This document shows, piece by piece, positions 9,331-19,126 of a stretch of DNA of 64,000 bases. The notes under the pieces were generated by a model. That model was not told the DNA's origin and did no database searches. It was given only the letters and a program-made list of their open reading frames with translations. The DNA comes from Myxococcota bacterium (GTDB lineage Bacteria > Myxococcota_A > UBA796 > GCA-2862545). Within the stretch, counting starts at the first letter, position 1. Each line of letters starts with the position of its first letter. The position numbers and the translations under genes are program-made. The stretch spans positions 1 to 64,000 of the forward strand of contig JBCCQY010000017.1 of NCBI GenBank assembly GCA_039208735.1. Reading direction: 5' to 3'.

Positions 9331-10142
9331 GGATCCCCCTCGGACGGCGCGAGTCCGTCGAGGCGATCGAGGCGGAGCAGCGCGACCAACGCCCGCCCCG
9401 GCGCCAACCGGAGCGAGGTGTCCGACGGCGCGGTGTCGGGCGCCCAATAGCTCGCGTACCATGCCCCACCGACGCCATCGCGTTCGGGGTCGAGCGGCAC
9501 GGCCCACAACTCTTGGACATCCCCGCCGCGAGCCAGGCGAAAGCGCACCGCAGGCCGATTGTCGACCCAAGCGGTCACACGGTCGATCAAGTCGCAACCA
9601 CAGCCTGCGAGCAGTCCCTCCCAATAGGGATCGGCGGTGGGATCCACGGGTCTTTCGTCGTGCCACACCGCCAACTCGCCACCCAACACCCAGGTCGAGA
9701 CGCCGCCGGCCCCGCGAGGGACGAAGTCGACAGGGCTCGAAACGGTTCCCCCGGGAACCTCTCGTGCATCCCACCCTGACATGCCGATTTGTCGGTCGGG
9801 GACCTGATGGACGGTGATCGAGGGCCACCCGTTGCGGGGCCGACGTTCGGTAGTGAGCGGCTGGCCCACCGGATCGAACCGGCGCTCGAGGACCACCCGT
9901 CCCCGTTGCCGCTCCTGCATTCGCACCACCACCCCGTTATCGAGGACCCACATGGCGTATCGAGCACGTCGGCGGGAGTAGGTTCGCCCTCGAACGCGAC
10001 CGTCGACCTCGGAATAGCGGCGGTAATAACGTCGCGTCGGCCGCTCCCCCGCTTGCCACAGGTCGGGCGGGGCAAACTCGCGGAGCCCGTCGACCGATTG
10101 GGCCAACGCGACGCTGGTCATCAGGCCAAGGAACGTTGCCAC
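9327..10142 (-). CDS. Hypothetical secreted protein
   Basis: Signal peptide ending ALA-Q; lies within an overlapping minus-strand gene run. Confidence 0.7.
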   Translation of the reverse strand: MATFLGLMTSVALAQSVDGLREFAPPDLWQAGERPTRRYYRRYSEVDGRVRGRTYSRRRARYAMWVLDNGVVVRMQERQRGRVVLERRFDPVGQPLTTERRPRNGWPSITVHQVPDRQIGMSGWDAREVPGGTVSSPVDFVPRGAGGVSTWVLGGELAVWHDERPVDPTADPYWEGLLAGCGCDLIDRVTAWVDNRPAVRFRLARGGDVQELWAVPLDPERDGVGGAWYASYWAPDTAPSDTSLRLAPGRALVALLRLDRLDGLAPSEGDP

Positions 10143-10888
10143 AGCTCGTCCAGAACCACAGCCGCCCGACCCTCGAAGCGGTGCGTCACCGCCTCCGAGA
10201 CCTCGGTCAACCCAGGGTTGATCTCGTAAGCGGGCCGCCCCCGCTCAACCTGCAAATAGACCGGCGCCGCGATGTAGGGGAATCCGCTCGACGTGCCCAC
10301 CGTGAACACCAAGTCGAAGCCTTGCCGCACCTCGGCCCGCAACCGAGCCATCGCCTCGTCGGGCAACATCTCATCGAAGAGGACGACGGCCGGGCGAACG
10401 ACCGACTGGCACTGCGGACAACTCACCACACCGTCGTGGAACGTGAGGCCCGAGTAGTCCTCGACATCCTCCTGGTAGTCGCACACCGTGCAAACCAGGC
10501 GGTCGACGCGACCGTGGATCTCAATGACGTGTGCGGAGCCCGCCGCCCGATGCAGGCCATCGACGTTCTGGGTGAGCACCACCACCTCGTGTTGCTCTTG
10601 TAGCGCGGCCATCACCTCATGACCGCGGTTGGGCTTGGCCCCTCGGCAGGCCCGTTCGATCTCGAGGATGTGCTTCCACACCAACGCCGGATTGCGTTGC
10701 ATCATCGAGCCCGACAAGACGGCTTCGATGGGCATGCCCTCCGGTGTATCGGCGTCCTCGTAGAGCCCCCCTACGCCACGGTAGGTCGGCAGGCCCGAGT
10801 CCGCAGACAGCCCCGCCCCAGTCACGAAGAGGATTCGGGAAGCCTCGCTTAGTTGCTTGGCCACCACATTCATCATGGATTCGTTCAC
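10121..10888 (-). CDS. cobB: NAD-dependent protein deacylase (sirtuin)
   Basis: TGAGLSADSGLPTYRG, TQNVDGLH, EIHG, CxxC...CxxC, RPAVVLFDE and GTS motifs. Confidence 0.95.
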   Translation of the reverse strand: MNESMMNVVAKQLSEASRILFVTGAGLSADSGLPTYRGVGGLYEDADTPEGMPIEAVLSGSMMQRNPALVWKHILEIERACRGAKPNRGHEVMAALQEQHEVVVLTQNVDGLHRAAGSAHVIEIHGRVDRLVCTVCDYQEDVEDYSGLTFHDGVVSCPQCQSVVRPAVVLFDEMLPDEAMARLRAEVRQGFDLVFTVGTSSGFPYIAAPVYLQVERGRPAYEINPGLTEVSEAVTHRFEGRAAVVLDELWQRSLA

Positions 10889-12354
10889 GGCCGTCTCCTG
10901 CCGATGAGCGCAGCCCGTACTTGAACGCCGAGCTGCAAGGACCACCCCAACGGGCGCTCCAGGGTCGGTTGGGGCGGGCTTTCAATGCCCGCCCCGTCGT
11001 TGGTGACGGCAAACCACTGACCGCTCAACGGCACGTCGAGCCCCAGCCGCGCGGTCAGGCCAAACGACGAAGACGTATCCACCTCTCCGCCGACCTGAAG
11101 TTCGCCGACGACCAGCCGCGGCGCCTCCAAGCTCGGAAACGAGACCGTTCCGGGGACCGAACGTCCCCGCCAGCCGTACACCCCGGCGATGAACACGGGG
11201 CGCGCGACCTGATGGAGCCACAACGGCGCCGCCGTCACCCGGGCCCCCCACTGGGTGGTGCCGAACTGAATGGTTTCAGGATCCGTCGGAATCGCCGCCT
11301 GGCCCTTCACATCTTCATCGCGAACGACCGTGGCCCTTCCCGAACGGCGGGTCACGATGCCGGAGACGTCGAGAAAGGGCAGCACGCCAAACCCAAGTTC
11401 CACGCCCCCGACGGCCGACCCTCCTCGAATCGCCTCAACGTATTGGACGGTGTGCACGGCCTGCAGGTCAAAGCCGCTCCGCAGCAGCTCCCCTTCCACG
11501 TTCTGGTGCCATGGCCCCGTCGAGGTGCCGGCGAGCAACCGGACGAGGAGTTGGCCCTGACGGCCCTTCGCCGCGCGACGCCACGTGCCCACATCCTGGC
11601 CCGAATTGGCAAACCGGACATACTCCGACTCGCTCATGTCGAGACGCGACCAAGGGGTCGGTCCCTCACTCCGACGAAACGCATCGAGCGAGGACCGAGT
11701 GACCTTCTCGGGTTCTCGCACCGTGACTTCAGCCTTGATCGCAATGCCGTAGGCATCTTCGAGCCGACGCAGGCTATCGGCGATCCTCGCCTTGCCGGCC
11801 TCGTCGAGGCCCGCTGGAGAACCGTCCTCCCGCAGATCTTCGGGATCGGAAGTGCCCATTCGCAGTTCATCGAAAAGCTGAACCACGCCTTCGACGATCG
11901 ACGCTTGATCGGATGGCGTCCAGTCCACCGTGAAGCGGGCCACTTCAACCGACCGCTCCACATCGATCAGCACGACTTCGAACACGTCGAAGGTGGACCC
12001 ATCAAAGCTGTCGGTGCGCCGTTCGAGGGTCCCTCCCACCGCCCACGGCGCCCCCACCCGCTGGCCCAACACGTAGGCGCAACCGCTGTACCGACCGGGA
12101 GGACAACTCTCCATGTACAGCTCGGGGCCATAGCCATGGACCCGAAATGGGGGCACATCTTCGAGCGAGACCAGGGTGTGTCGCTCGTCAAAGGCATTGC
12201 GAAGCGCCTGCTCGAGGTCGGTCAGGATCTCGGCGTCCGCCGACTCCCCTGGGGGCAATCGCTGCAGCGTGGTCACGAGGACGCGGGCTGGTTCCTCGGC
12301 CGTCTCGGGCTCCGCTGCTCCGGCGAGCGGAGCAAGCCACCACCACCACGCCAC
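10885..12354 (-). CDS. Hypothetical exported protein, possibly with a C-terminal outer-membrane beta-strand domain
   Basis: Signal peptide; alternating hydrophobic/Gly strands in the C-terminal half. Confidence 0.7.
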   Translation of the reverse strand: MAWWWWLAPLAGAAEPETAEEPARVLVTTLQRLPPGESADAEILTDLEQALRNAFDERHTLVSLEDVPPFRVHGYGPELYMESCPPGRYSGCAYVLGQRVGAPWAVGGTLERRTDSFDGSTFDVFEVVLIDVERSVEVARFTVDWTPSDQASIVEGVVQLFDELRMGTSDPEDLREDGSPAGLDEAGKARIADSLRRLEDAYGIAIKAEVTVREPEKVTRSSLDAFRRSEGPTPWSRLDMSESEYVRFANSGQDVGTWRRAAKGRQGQLLVRLLAGTSTGPWHQNVEGELLRSGFDLQAVHTVQYVEAIRGGSAVGGVELGFGVLPFLDVSGIVTRRSGRATVVRDEDVKGQAAIPTDPETIQFGTTQWGARVTAAPLWLHQVARPVFIAGVYGWRGRSVPGTVSFPSLEAPRLVVGELQVGGEVDTSSSFGLTARLGLDVPLSGQWFAVTNDGAGIESPPQPTLERPLGWSLQLGVQVRAALIGRRRP

Positions 12355-12387
12355 CTGACCTCCTTTTCTTCGCCACCATACACGCGG

Positions 12388-13815
12388 TCAGCGGCGTCGC
12401 ACCAGCTTGCGGGTCGGAGCCCGACGTTTGGGCGCAGGGCCTCCGTCGCGAGGCTCGAGAATGGTCAACGCTTCGACGTGAGCGGTGTTGGGGAACATGT
12501 CGAACAGCTCGATCGAGCCCGACACATCAAACCCCAAGGCCTGCGCTTCGTTCAGGTCCCGCGCCAGCGCGGTCACGTTGCACGAAATGTAGGCAATCCG
12601 CGACGGGTGGAGCGCAATGAGATGCTCCAATACGCCTGGCTCGAGGCCCCGACGCGCGGGGTTCACCACGACTTTCGCGCCGACTTGAGTGAACCGCTCC
12701 GCAATCTCGGCCTGCAGCGCCACATCCACATCGGAATCGAAGAACTCGGCCGGCACGCGATTCACCCGTGCCGCCTCCCGGGCCCGTTGGACCGCGCCAT
12801 CCACCTCTTCGACCCCCAAGGCAAACCCGGTCATGCGGGCCGCGGGCAGGGCGAGCCCCCCGACCCCGCTGTAGAGGTCGAGCAGGGCATCTCCTTGACT
12901 CAACTCAAGCCGGTCCAGGGTGCGACGGTACAAGACCTCGGCCATCGACGGGTTGGTCTGAAAAAAATCACCTGGGCCAATGCGGTAGGTGATGTCGCCA
13001 ATCTGCTCCTCGATGACCTCTCGGCCCCCGAGCGGCGCCACCCCGACCACCCCGTCACCGTCGCGGCTGAAGATCGCGTTGCCAGGCCCCCCGTTGAGGT
13101 GGAGCCAAATCCCCACAATCTCGCTGTTGCCCCTGGCGATCTCCTCGGCCAGATCGCCGAGTCGCCGTTCGCGGCGGGCTGCGACCAAGGTGACCAGCAC
13201 TTCGCCCGTCGACCGGCTCGCCCGCAGGACCGCGGCGCGAAGCACGCCCCGTTTGGCCTCGGGATCGTAGGGCTCAATGCCCAATTCGATGGTGTGATGG
13301 GCCAGCGACGCCATCACCTTGCGAAGCACCGGCGCCGCAGCAATGCACTCGGGAATGGGCACGATGTCACGGCTGCCCCGTGCCCACGCGCCCACCCGAA
13401 TGCGGCCCTGATCGGATCGCCCAAAGCCCACTTTGACGACGTGCCGGTAGCCCTCAAGCCCATCGGGACACGCGTGGAGCGGACCAACGTCGACAGAGAG
13501 CCCGGCTTCGGCCAGCGTCTCCTGCACTCGGGTGTGCCGGGCCTCGGCTTGGCCCTCGCCATCCAGGTGCATCCATGGGCATCCCCCGCACCGTCGGTAC
13601 TTCGGGCACGGGGGTTCCACGCGATGCGGATGCGGGACTTCGGATTGGATCCACTCGCCCTGCACGCGGCTATGGCCGACGTGGGCAATGCGGATCTCAG
13701 CTTCTTCTCCGACGATTCCGGACCAAACCGCCAAGGGCTTCGTTCCGCCTTCTTCGGCGATCGCTTCGCCCCGGGGCGACCATCGGTCGGGCCGGGCAAT
13801 GACATGGCGTGCCAT
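12388..13815 (-). CDS. rlmD: 23S rRNA m5U methyltransferase (RlmD/TrmA family)
   Basis: CxxxxxCGGC Fe-S motif, FFQTN, LDLYSGVG, NPARRGL, YISCN and DMFPNTAHVE. Confidence 0.92.
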   Translation of the reverse strand: MARHVIARPDRWSPRGEAIAEEGGTKPLAVWSGIVGEEAEIRIAHVGHSRVQGEWIQSEVPHPHRVEPPCPKYRRCGGCPWMHLDGEGQAEARHTRVQETLAEAGLSVDVGPLHACPDGLEGYRHVVKVGFGRSDQGRIRVGAWARGSRDIVPIPECIAAAPVLRKVMASLAHHTIELGIEPYDPEAKRGVLRAAVLRASRSTGEVLVTLVAARRERRLGDLAEEIARGNSEIVGIWLHLNGGPGNAIFSRDGDGVVGVAPLGGREVIEEQIGDITYRIGPGDFFQTNPSMAEVLYRRTLDRLELSQGDALLDLYSGVGGLALPAARMTGFALGVEEVDGAVQRAREAARVNRVPAEFFDSDVDVALQAEIAERFTQVGAKVVVNPARRGLEPGVLEHLIALHPSRIAYISCNVTALARDLNEAQALGFDVSGSIELFDMFPNTAHVEALTILEPRDGGPAPKRRAPTRKLVRRR

Positions 13816-13869
13816 GCCGGTCGCTAACACTGGCGCACCCCGATGTACCGCCGGAATGCGAGCGAAACC

Positions 13870-14694
13870 TCAATCCGCCATCTCCTGCAACGCCCCGACC
13901 GCGAGAACGTGCCGCATCAATGCGTGATGCAAGGCGTGGGAACCGCGATGAACGATGACACGCCCTCGGACCCGTGCGCCGAGCAATGCCAGATCGCCGA
14001 GCGCATCCAACAACTTGTGTCGCACCGGCTCGTCTGGGAATCGGAGCCCACCGGGATTGCGTGCTTCCCCACGGTCCCACACCACGGTGTTGTGAAGGGC
14101 CGCACCGAGCCCCCGGCCTTCGGCCTGCAACCGTTCGACCTGCGATGCGAGGACAAAGGTGCGTGCAGGAGCGACCTCCCGCAGGAACCGTTCTGGCTCA
14201 AACGCCATGCATGCGATTCCCGAAGGCCCGGCCACCCCGAAATCCACGTGAACCTCGACGCTCGGAACCGACGCTGGCTCGATCGCAGCCAAGCCATCCG
14301 CCGCCTCAACCCGGACGGGAGACTGAACGTCGTAGTCACGCGGCCCCTCCATCAAGGGAATCGGGCCTCCCCTCACCAACGCGTCGCACCAGGGACGCGC
14401 CGATCCATCGAGGATCGGCAGTTCCGGACCGTCCACCTCCACCCGGAGATCGGTCATGCCCAGCCCACAGGCAGCCGCAAGCAAGTGCTCCGGCGTCCAG
14501 AGTTCAACCCCCGACCTCGCCATCACCGTGGCCCCCGGTCGGGCCTCCGCGTACTCGAGGCGCGCAGGAAGCTCGACCCCCGACACGACAAAGACAATCC
14601 CGGTGCCCGGAAGGCCCGGACCTAGACGCGCCAGCGTTCGATGACCGGTATGAACGCCCGTGCCCTCGACGACAACGGAATTTGAAAGGGTCAT
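13870..14694 (-). CDS. lpxC: UDP-3-O-acyl-GlcNAc deacetylase
   Basis: GTGVHTG, TPEHLLAA, ELPILDGS, APARTF, RHKLLDALGDL and SHALH motifs. Confidence 0.95.
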   Translation of the reverse strand: MTLSNSVVVEGTGVHTGHRTLARLGPGLPGTGIVFVVSGVELPARLEYAEARPGATVMARSGVELWTPEHLLAAACGLGMTDLRVEVDGPELPILDGSARPWCDALVRGGPIPLMEGPRDYDVQSPVRVEAADGLAAIEPASVPSVEVHVDFGVAGPSGIACMAFEPERFLREVAPARTFVLASQVERLQAEGRGLGAALHNTVVWDRGEARNPGGLRFPDEPVRHKLLDALGDLALLGARVRGRVIVHRGSHALHHALMRHVLAVGALQEMAD

Positions 14695-14880
14695 CCAAGA
14701 CACTGCGATCGCGCTCAAGCTCTGAATAACAGAGGTTCTAGCAACAATGCATCGACAGCGGTTCGTTGCGAGCCAACCCTCAACCTCGCTCCGCCGATTA
14801 CCGCCTCGTCATCCACGATGCGCATCAACGCCTGCTCCAGGGCTTGTTCTGCATCGGTTGTGCCCCCTCGGGAGGTCCCG

Positions 14881-15900
14881 TTGTCCAACCAAGGCCTCGG
14901 ACCGGAGCTGCGCTTCGGACAGCGTCCACGTCGGTCCTTGTATGCCGATGATCTGCCCGAGGACGATGAGCGCGTCGCCGGTCTGTTCAACGCGGCCTGG
15001 TACGAAGTGGCCCGGGGCTCATGGGCGGATGCGGAAGAGACGTTGGCTCGACTGCTCGCCTTGGCTCCGGACGATGGCGAAGCGCTGGTCCTGCTTGCCA
15101 AGGTCCACGTGGCCCGAGGTCGGCTCGCCCATGCGCTGGAAGCCCTCGACTCGGCTCGCGATGTAGGATGGCCGGTCGATCCCAATCTTCGCGAGGCCAT
15201 CGTGTCCCGTGTGGGGTACGACCCCCAGGCGGAACTCGCCGACGATGCGACCCCAAGCGTGCCGGCACCTGGGGTCAAGGATGCGGTGGCGGCTCGCCAA
15301 CGGTCCTTCCATTTACGCCAGGACAACGAGCAACTGCAGCAACGCATCGCTCAGCTTGAACGCGAGATTCGACGCTGGATCTTCGCCACGATGGGCGTGT
15401 GCGTCACCGCGACCGGAATCGTCACCTGGGCGTTGGTGCCTCCGGTTCCTCGACCCGACCTGCCCCCGGCCCGTCAGGCCGTCGCGTCGGTCCTCGACTC
15501 TTCGGGAATGGGTTTGCTGCGTACAGTCCCGGCCCCGCAGTCCCCGCTCGCCACCCTGGCCGATCGTGTGGTTCCTGGAATTCGCACGGCACTTACCGCG
15601 CACAACGACGATGGGGTGGTCATCGCGAATGGCGAACTCGCCGACTATCGAGAGCGCCAGGCCATCGAAGCCATCTGGCTCGAGTTGCCCGAGGTGCGTC
15701 GTGTGGATTGGTCCGGGGTGACCGTGACCTCGCGCATCGTCGGTGGGCGTGTCCAGGTGCAGCCGGGCGACACCCTGTCGGGCCTTGCGTTCCGCTACTA
15801 CGGCGACCCTGGGCTGGCCCAAACCATCGCTAAGGCCAACGAGATCACGGCCAAGGGTTTACGCCCAGGACAGTTCCTCGCCATTCCCCCGGCTCCCTGA
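14881..15900 (+). CDS. TPR - coiled coil - TM - BON-like - LysM protein
   Basis: N-terminal TPR helices, a central TM segment and C-terminal LysM VQPGDTLSGLAFRYYG...IAKAN...LRPGQFLAIP. TTG start after GGAGG (uncertain). Confidence 0.8.
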   Translation: MSNQGLGPELRFGQRPRRSLYADDLPEDDERVAGLFNAAWYEVARGSWADAEETLARLLALAPDDGEALVLLAKVHVARGRLAHALEALDSARDVGWPVDPNLREAIVSRVGYDPQAELADDATPSVPAPGVKDAVAARQRSFHLRQDNEQLQQRIAQLEREIRRWIFATMGVCVTATGIVTWALVPPVPRPDLPPARQAVASVLDSSGMGLLRTVPAPQSPLATLADRVVPGIRTALTAHNDDGVVIANGELADYRERQAIEAIWLELPEVRRVDWSGVTVTSRIVGGRVQVQPGDTLSGLAFRYYGDPGLAQTIAKANEITAKGLRPGQFLAIPPAP

Positions 15901-15902
15901 GG

Positions 15903-17057
15903 TCACCAGTCGATGGTTCCTGCCTTGCGTGACGCCTTCAACGTCTCGAGTGCCTTCTTCGAACTCTTGTGGCCGTTGATTTTGATGGCCCTTTGGAAGT
16001 GGTCGGCCGCCGTACCGTAGTCCTTTTGCTCGGCATGCAGCTGCCCCAGGCGGAAATTTGCAGCCGCCTCCTGGTACTTTTCGAGATGTCCGGTCGCCAG
16101 GTAGGTGTCGAGGGACGTTTTGGCCTTGGAGTACCGGTCCTTCTTCAGGTGCGCCACGCCCCGCCAGTAGTGCTGGTAGGCATTGGTTGGGTCCGTGGTC
16201 TGAACCTTCTCGAGAACGGCGATGGCGTTGTCGTAGTTCCGTCGCTTCACCAACACCATCGTGGTCACGAGGTTGTTGATGACGTTGTCCGGATACCGTT
16301 TCCGGTTTCGATCGCAGGCCGCCTGAGCCCGCCTTGCCTGACCATCCTCAAGGAAGGTGAACGCCAAGGCAAGCGTGGCCAGCGGTCGGATGAAGACGCC
16401 GTTCTGCTCGACGTCCTCCATCGCAGCGATGCCTTCCGCTTTGTGGTCGCCGAAGTTCGGTAGAACCGAGCTGCGCTGGGTCACAATGGTTCGCCAGTAC
16501 AGGTACATGCCGTCCGCGAGACGCAGATCGACGAAGCCTGGCGCGGCCTCGCGGGACGATTCGATGTGGCCCATGGCCGTGAACGCGAGGGACAAGGCGT
16601 TGAGGTAGCGATGCCGCCGGAACGTGTGGATGGACTCCATGCCCACAATGGCGGCCATCGCGAGGTGTTCCCACGCCTCACTGCCGTCGTCGGACAACGC
16701 AGTGGTCAGCTGCTTCTTGGCTCGCTTGCTCGACTGCCAGTACTCCTTTTCGTGGCGATAATCGAAGTTCTCCAGCATGCGGGCTTGCCAAATCACGGTC
16801 TCCGCAATCGCGGCCAGGCCCGTGTTTGGAAACTCTGCTTCCACCGTCTTGAAATACGCGACGGACTCGTCGTAGCGACGCTCGTAGATCTGATCGAGCC
16901 CCGTCTGGATCCGCTTCAACAGCTCCGGATCCATGTCGAGCATGTCGGCCACCTCGCGCGGGGACGTAGGCCCGACCGGCGACTCTTCAACGCCAGCGGG
17001 CGCTTCGGCCTCTGGCGCAGCCGCGAGGGCCGCACAACCCATCCACAATGCAATCAC
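15903..17057 (-). CDS. Secreted tetratricopeptide-repeat protein
   Basis: Signal peptide and several TPR-like helices at the C-terminus; coupled to gshB. Confidence 0.8.
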   Translation of the reverse strand: MIALWMGCAALAAAPEAEAPAGVEESPVGPTSPREVADMLDMDPELLKRIQTGLDQIYERRYDESVAYFKTVEAEFPNTGLAAIAETVIWQARMLENFDYRHEKEYWQSSKRAKKQLTTALSDDGSEAWEHLAMAAIVGMESIHTFRRHRYLNALSLAFTAMGHIESSREAAPGFVDLRLADGMYLYWRTIVTQRSSVLPNFGDHKAEGIAAMEDVEQNGVFIRPLATLALAFTFLEDGQARRAQAACDRNRKRYPDNVINNLVTTMVLVKRRNYDNAIAVLEKVQTTDPTNAYQHYWRGVAHLKKDRYSKAKTSLDTYLATGHLEKYQEAAANFRLGQLHAEQKDYGTAADHFQRAIKINGHKSSKKALETLKASRKAGTIDW

Positions 17058-18007
17058 GAAGCCCTCCGAGCTTCCACCTTGGCCATCACGACGTCGACGA
17101 GGTCCGCTTCGAGCCGACGATCGGAGAGTCGATTGATCTCCCGGATGCCGGTGGGGCTCGTGACGTTGATCTCCGTCAGATACTGACCAATCACGTCAAT
17201 CCCCACGAAGATCTGGCCATGCTGTTTGAGCATCGGCGCCAATGCCTCGCAAATTTCCCGGTCGCGAGGCGTCAGTTCCGTAGCCTCGACGCGTCCGCCG
17301 ACATGCATGTTGGCGCGATGGTCCGCGGCGATGGGAATGCGCATCATGGCGCCCACAGGCTCCCCATCAAATAGCAGAATGCGCTTGTCGCCGTGCTCGA
17401 CCTCGGGCAGGAACGCCTGGGCGATGACGTAGTCCCTTCCCTCATTGGTGAGCACCTCGATCATCGAGCGTAGATTGCGATCGCCCGCGTGGGTCACAAG
17501 CACCCCCCGACCTCCGTTACCGTCCCACGGCTTGAGCACGGTTGGCGCGTCGCGGCCTGTCACGAAGTCCCGAAGGCGGTCGATCCCGTTGGCAATCAGG
17601 GTCTCGGGCTGAAACGACGGCCACCGCTGTTGCACCCACATCTTTTCGTTGAAGCGCTTCAGGCCTTGGGGGTCGTTAACGACAAGCGTGCTCGGGGGGG
17701 CCATATCGAGCAGGTAGGTCGTAAAGATGTAGGTCATATCGAACGGCGGGTCCTTGCGCATCCATACGACATCGACGTCGTGAAGCCCCACCACCCTGGC
17801 GTCTCCCACCGAAAAGTAGGGAGCATCGGCAGTGGTTTTCACCGGCACCGCCTGGGCAAACGCCTGGCCATTGTGACCAAACAACGCGTCGGGCGTACAC
17901 ATGAAGACGTCGAACCCGCGGTCTGTCAGCTCGCGCATCGTCACGTAGGTGGAATCTCCGCCAACGACGATCCGCTCGAGCGGGTCCATCACAAAGAGCG
18001 AACGCAT
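17054..18007 (-). CDS. gshB: Glutathione synthetase
   Basis: FVMDP, MRKDPPFD, NEK, KPWDGNGGRG, GDKRI, RANMHVGG and TEINVTSPTG motifs. Confidence 0.96.
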   Translation of the reverse strand: MRSLFVMDPLERIVVGGDSTYVTMRELTDRGFDVFMCTPDALFGHNGQAFAQAVPVKTTADAPYFSVGDARVVGLHDVDVVWMRKDPPFDMTYIFTTYLLDMAPPSTLVVNDPQGLKRFNEKMWVQQRWPSFQPETLIANGIDRLRDFVTGRDAPTVLKPWDGNGGRGVLVTHAGDRNLRSMIEVLTNEGRDYVIAQAFLPEVEHGDKRILLFDGEPVGAMMRIPIAADHRANMHVGGRVEATELTPRDREICEALAPMLKQHGQIFVGIDVIGQYLTEINVTSPTGIREINRLSDRRLEADLVDVVMAKVEARRAS

Positions 18008-18112
18008 GCCGCCTCCGGCGTGAACCGTATCAAACCCCACTCAAGAGGATGCAGCGCGAAACGATGACAGTGACATGAACGAGCATTCGCCGGACCTGGA
18101 GTCGCTCCGCCG

Positions 18113-19126
18113 ATGGTGGGCGAGGCTGCCCCTCGAACATCCCTTCGTCATTGTGATTCGACAGCTCACAGGGGATCTCCCGCGCCCCGACGATCCGCGC
18201 GACCCGCTCACCTGGCGGTCTCGGCCCCCCTCGACGCGCAGCCCGAATCGACGCACCAAAGGCCCAAAGACCTCGTGAGGCTCGCGAACGCCGACGATAT
18301 CGTCGAGGAGGGAGCAGATCTGCTCGGTTCCTTCCCCGCGGCCTACCAACACCTCACCCAAGTGCTGGCCGATCCCACCGCGAATGCCGATCGCATTGCC
18401 GTGGCGATTCGCGTAGACCCGGCCCTGACCGCACGCCTGTTGGGATTCGCCAACGCGGCCCATCGGTCAAAGGGAAAGGAGATCCAGTCGATCAGCCACG
18501 CCGTGGCGATGTGTGGACGGTCCCAGCTCCGCGACCTGGCCACCTCCAGTGCCATCGTCAGCATGTTCCGAGGGATTCCCGAGCACCTGATCGACATGGG
18601 CGCCTTCTGGCGACACTCCATGGCCGTGGGCATCGCCGCCGAGCGCCTGTCGAATGCGGTCGACCGCTCCCGACCCTCCCTGTTTGTGCCCGGCTTGCTG
18701 CACGACATCGGAGCCTTGCTGCTGTATATGACGCGGCCCGACCTGGCGCGATCCATCCTGATCGCGACCGAAAACCTAGCCACCGAAGTTCGTGAGGCCG
18801 AGTCGATGTGGCTCGGAGCGGACCACACGGAGATGGGGGCCCAGCTCCTTGAGCGTTGGGGCTTGCCCGTTCTGTCGGTGGCCTGTGCACGGTTCCACCA
18901 CTCCCCCTCGGAGGCCGCCGCACCGCTCCAATGGGCAGCAGACCTCGTTCACCTCGCCGATGTGGCGGTCAGCGCCATGCAACTCGGCAACGGAGGCGAA
19001 CGGGGAGCCCACCCCCTCGATGAAACCGCGTGGGACCGCGTGGGCTTGAAGCCCATCGAAGCGTTCTTGGCCCTCGCCGAAATCCAAGACGAGGTCCAAG
19101 AGATCGCTACGATCCTCGACGCCTAG
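18113..19126 (+). CDS. Stand-alone HDOD-domain protein
   Basis: DPALTARLLGFAN, FWRHS, GLLHDIG, DHTEMG...WGLP and HH motifs. Start uncertain. Confidence 0.88.
   Translation: MVGEAAPRTSLRHCDSTAHRGSPAPRRSARPAHLAVSAPLDAQPESTHQRPKDLVRLANADDIVEEGADLLGSFPAAYQHLTQVLADPTANADRIAVAIRVDPALTARLLGFANAAHRSKGKEIQSISHAVAMCGRSQLRDLATSSAIVSMFRGIPEHLIDMGAFWRHSMAVGIAAERLSNAVDRSRPSLFVPGLLHDIGALLLYMTRPDLARSILIATENLATEVREAESMWLGADHTEMGAQLLERWGLPVLSVACARFHHSPSEAAAPLQWAADLVHLADVAVSAMQLGNGGERGAHPLDETAWDRVGLKPIEAFLALAEIQDEVQEIATILDA

Noticed and set aside
10121..10888. SIR2 anti-phage effector (Thoeris/DSR type)
   Set aside because: It is a canonical zinc-binding CobB-type deacylase in a housekeeping context, with no TIR, Ago or HerA partner.
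10744..13827. 1027-aa plus-strand ORF
   Set aside because: Antisense shadow of rlmD and its neighbour, as expected in high-GC DNA; no recognisable motifs.
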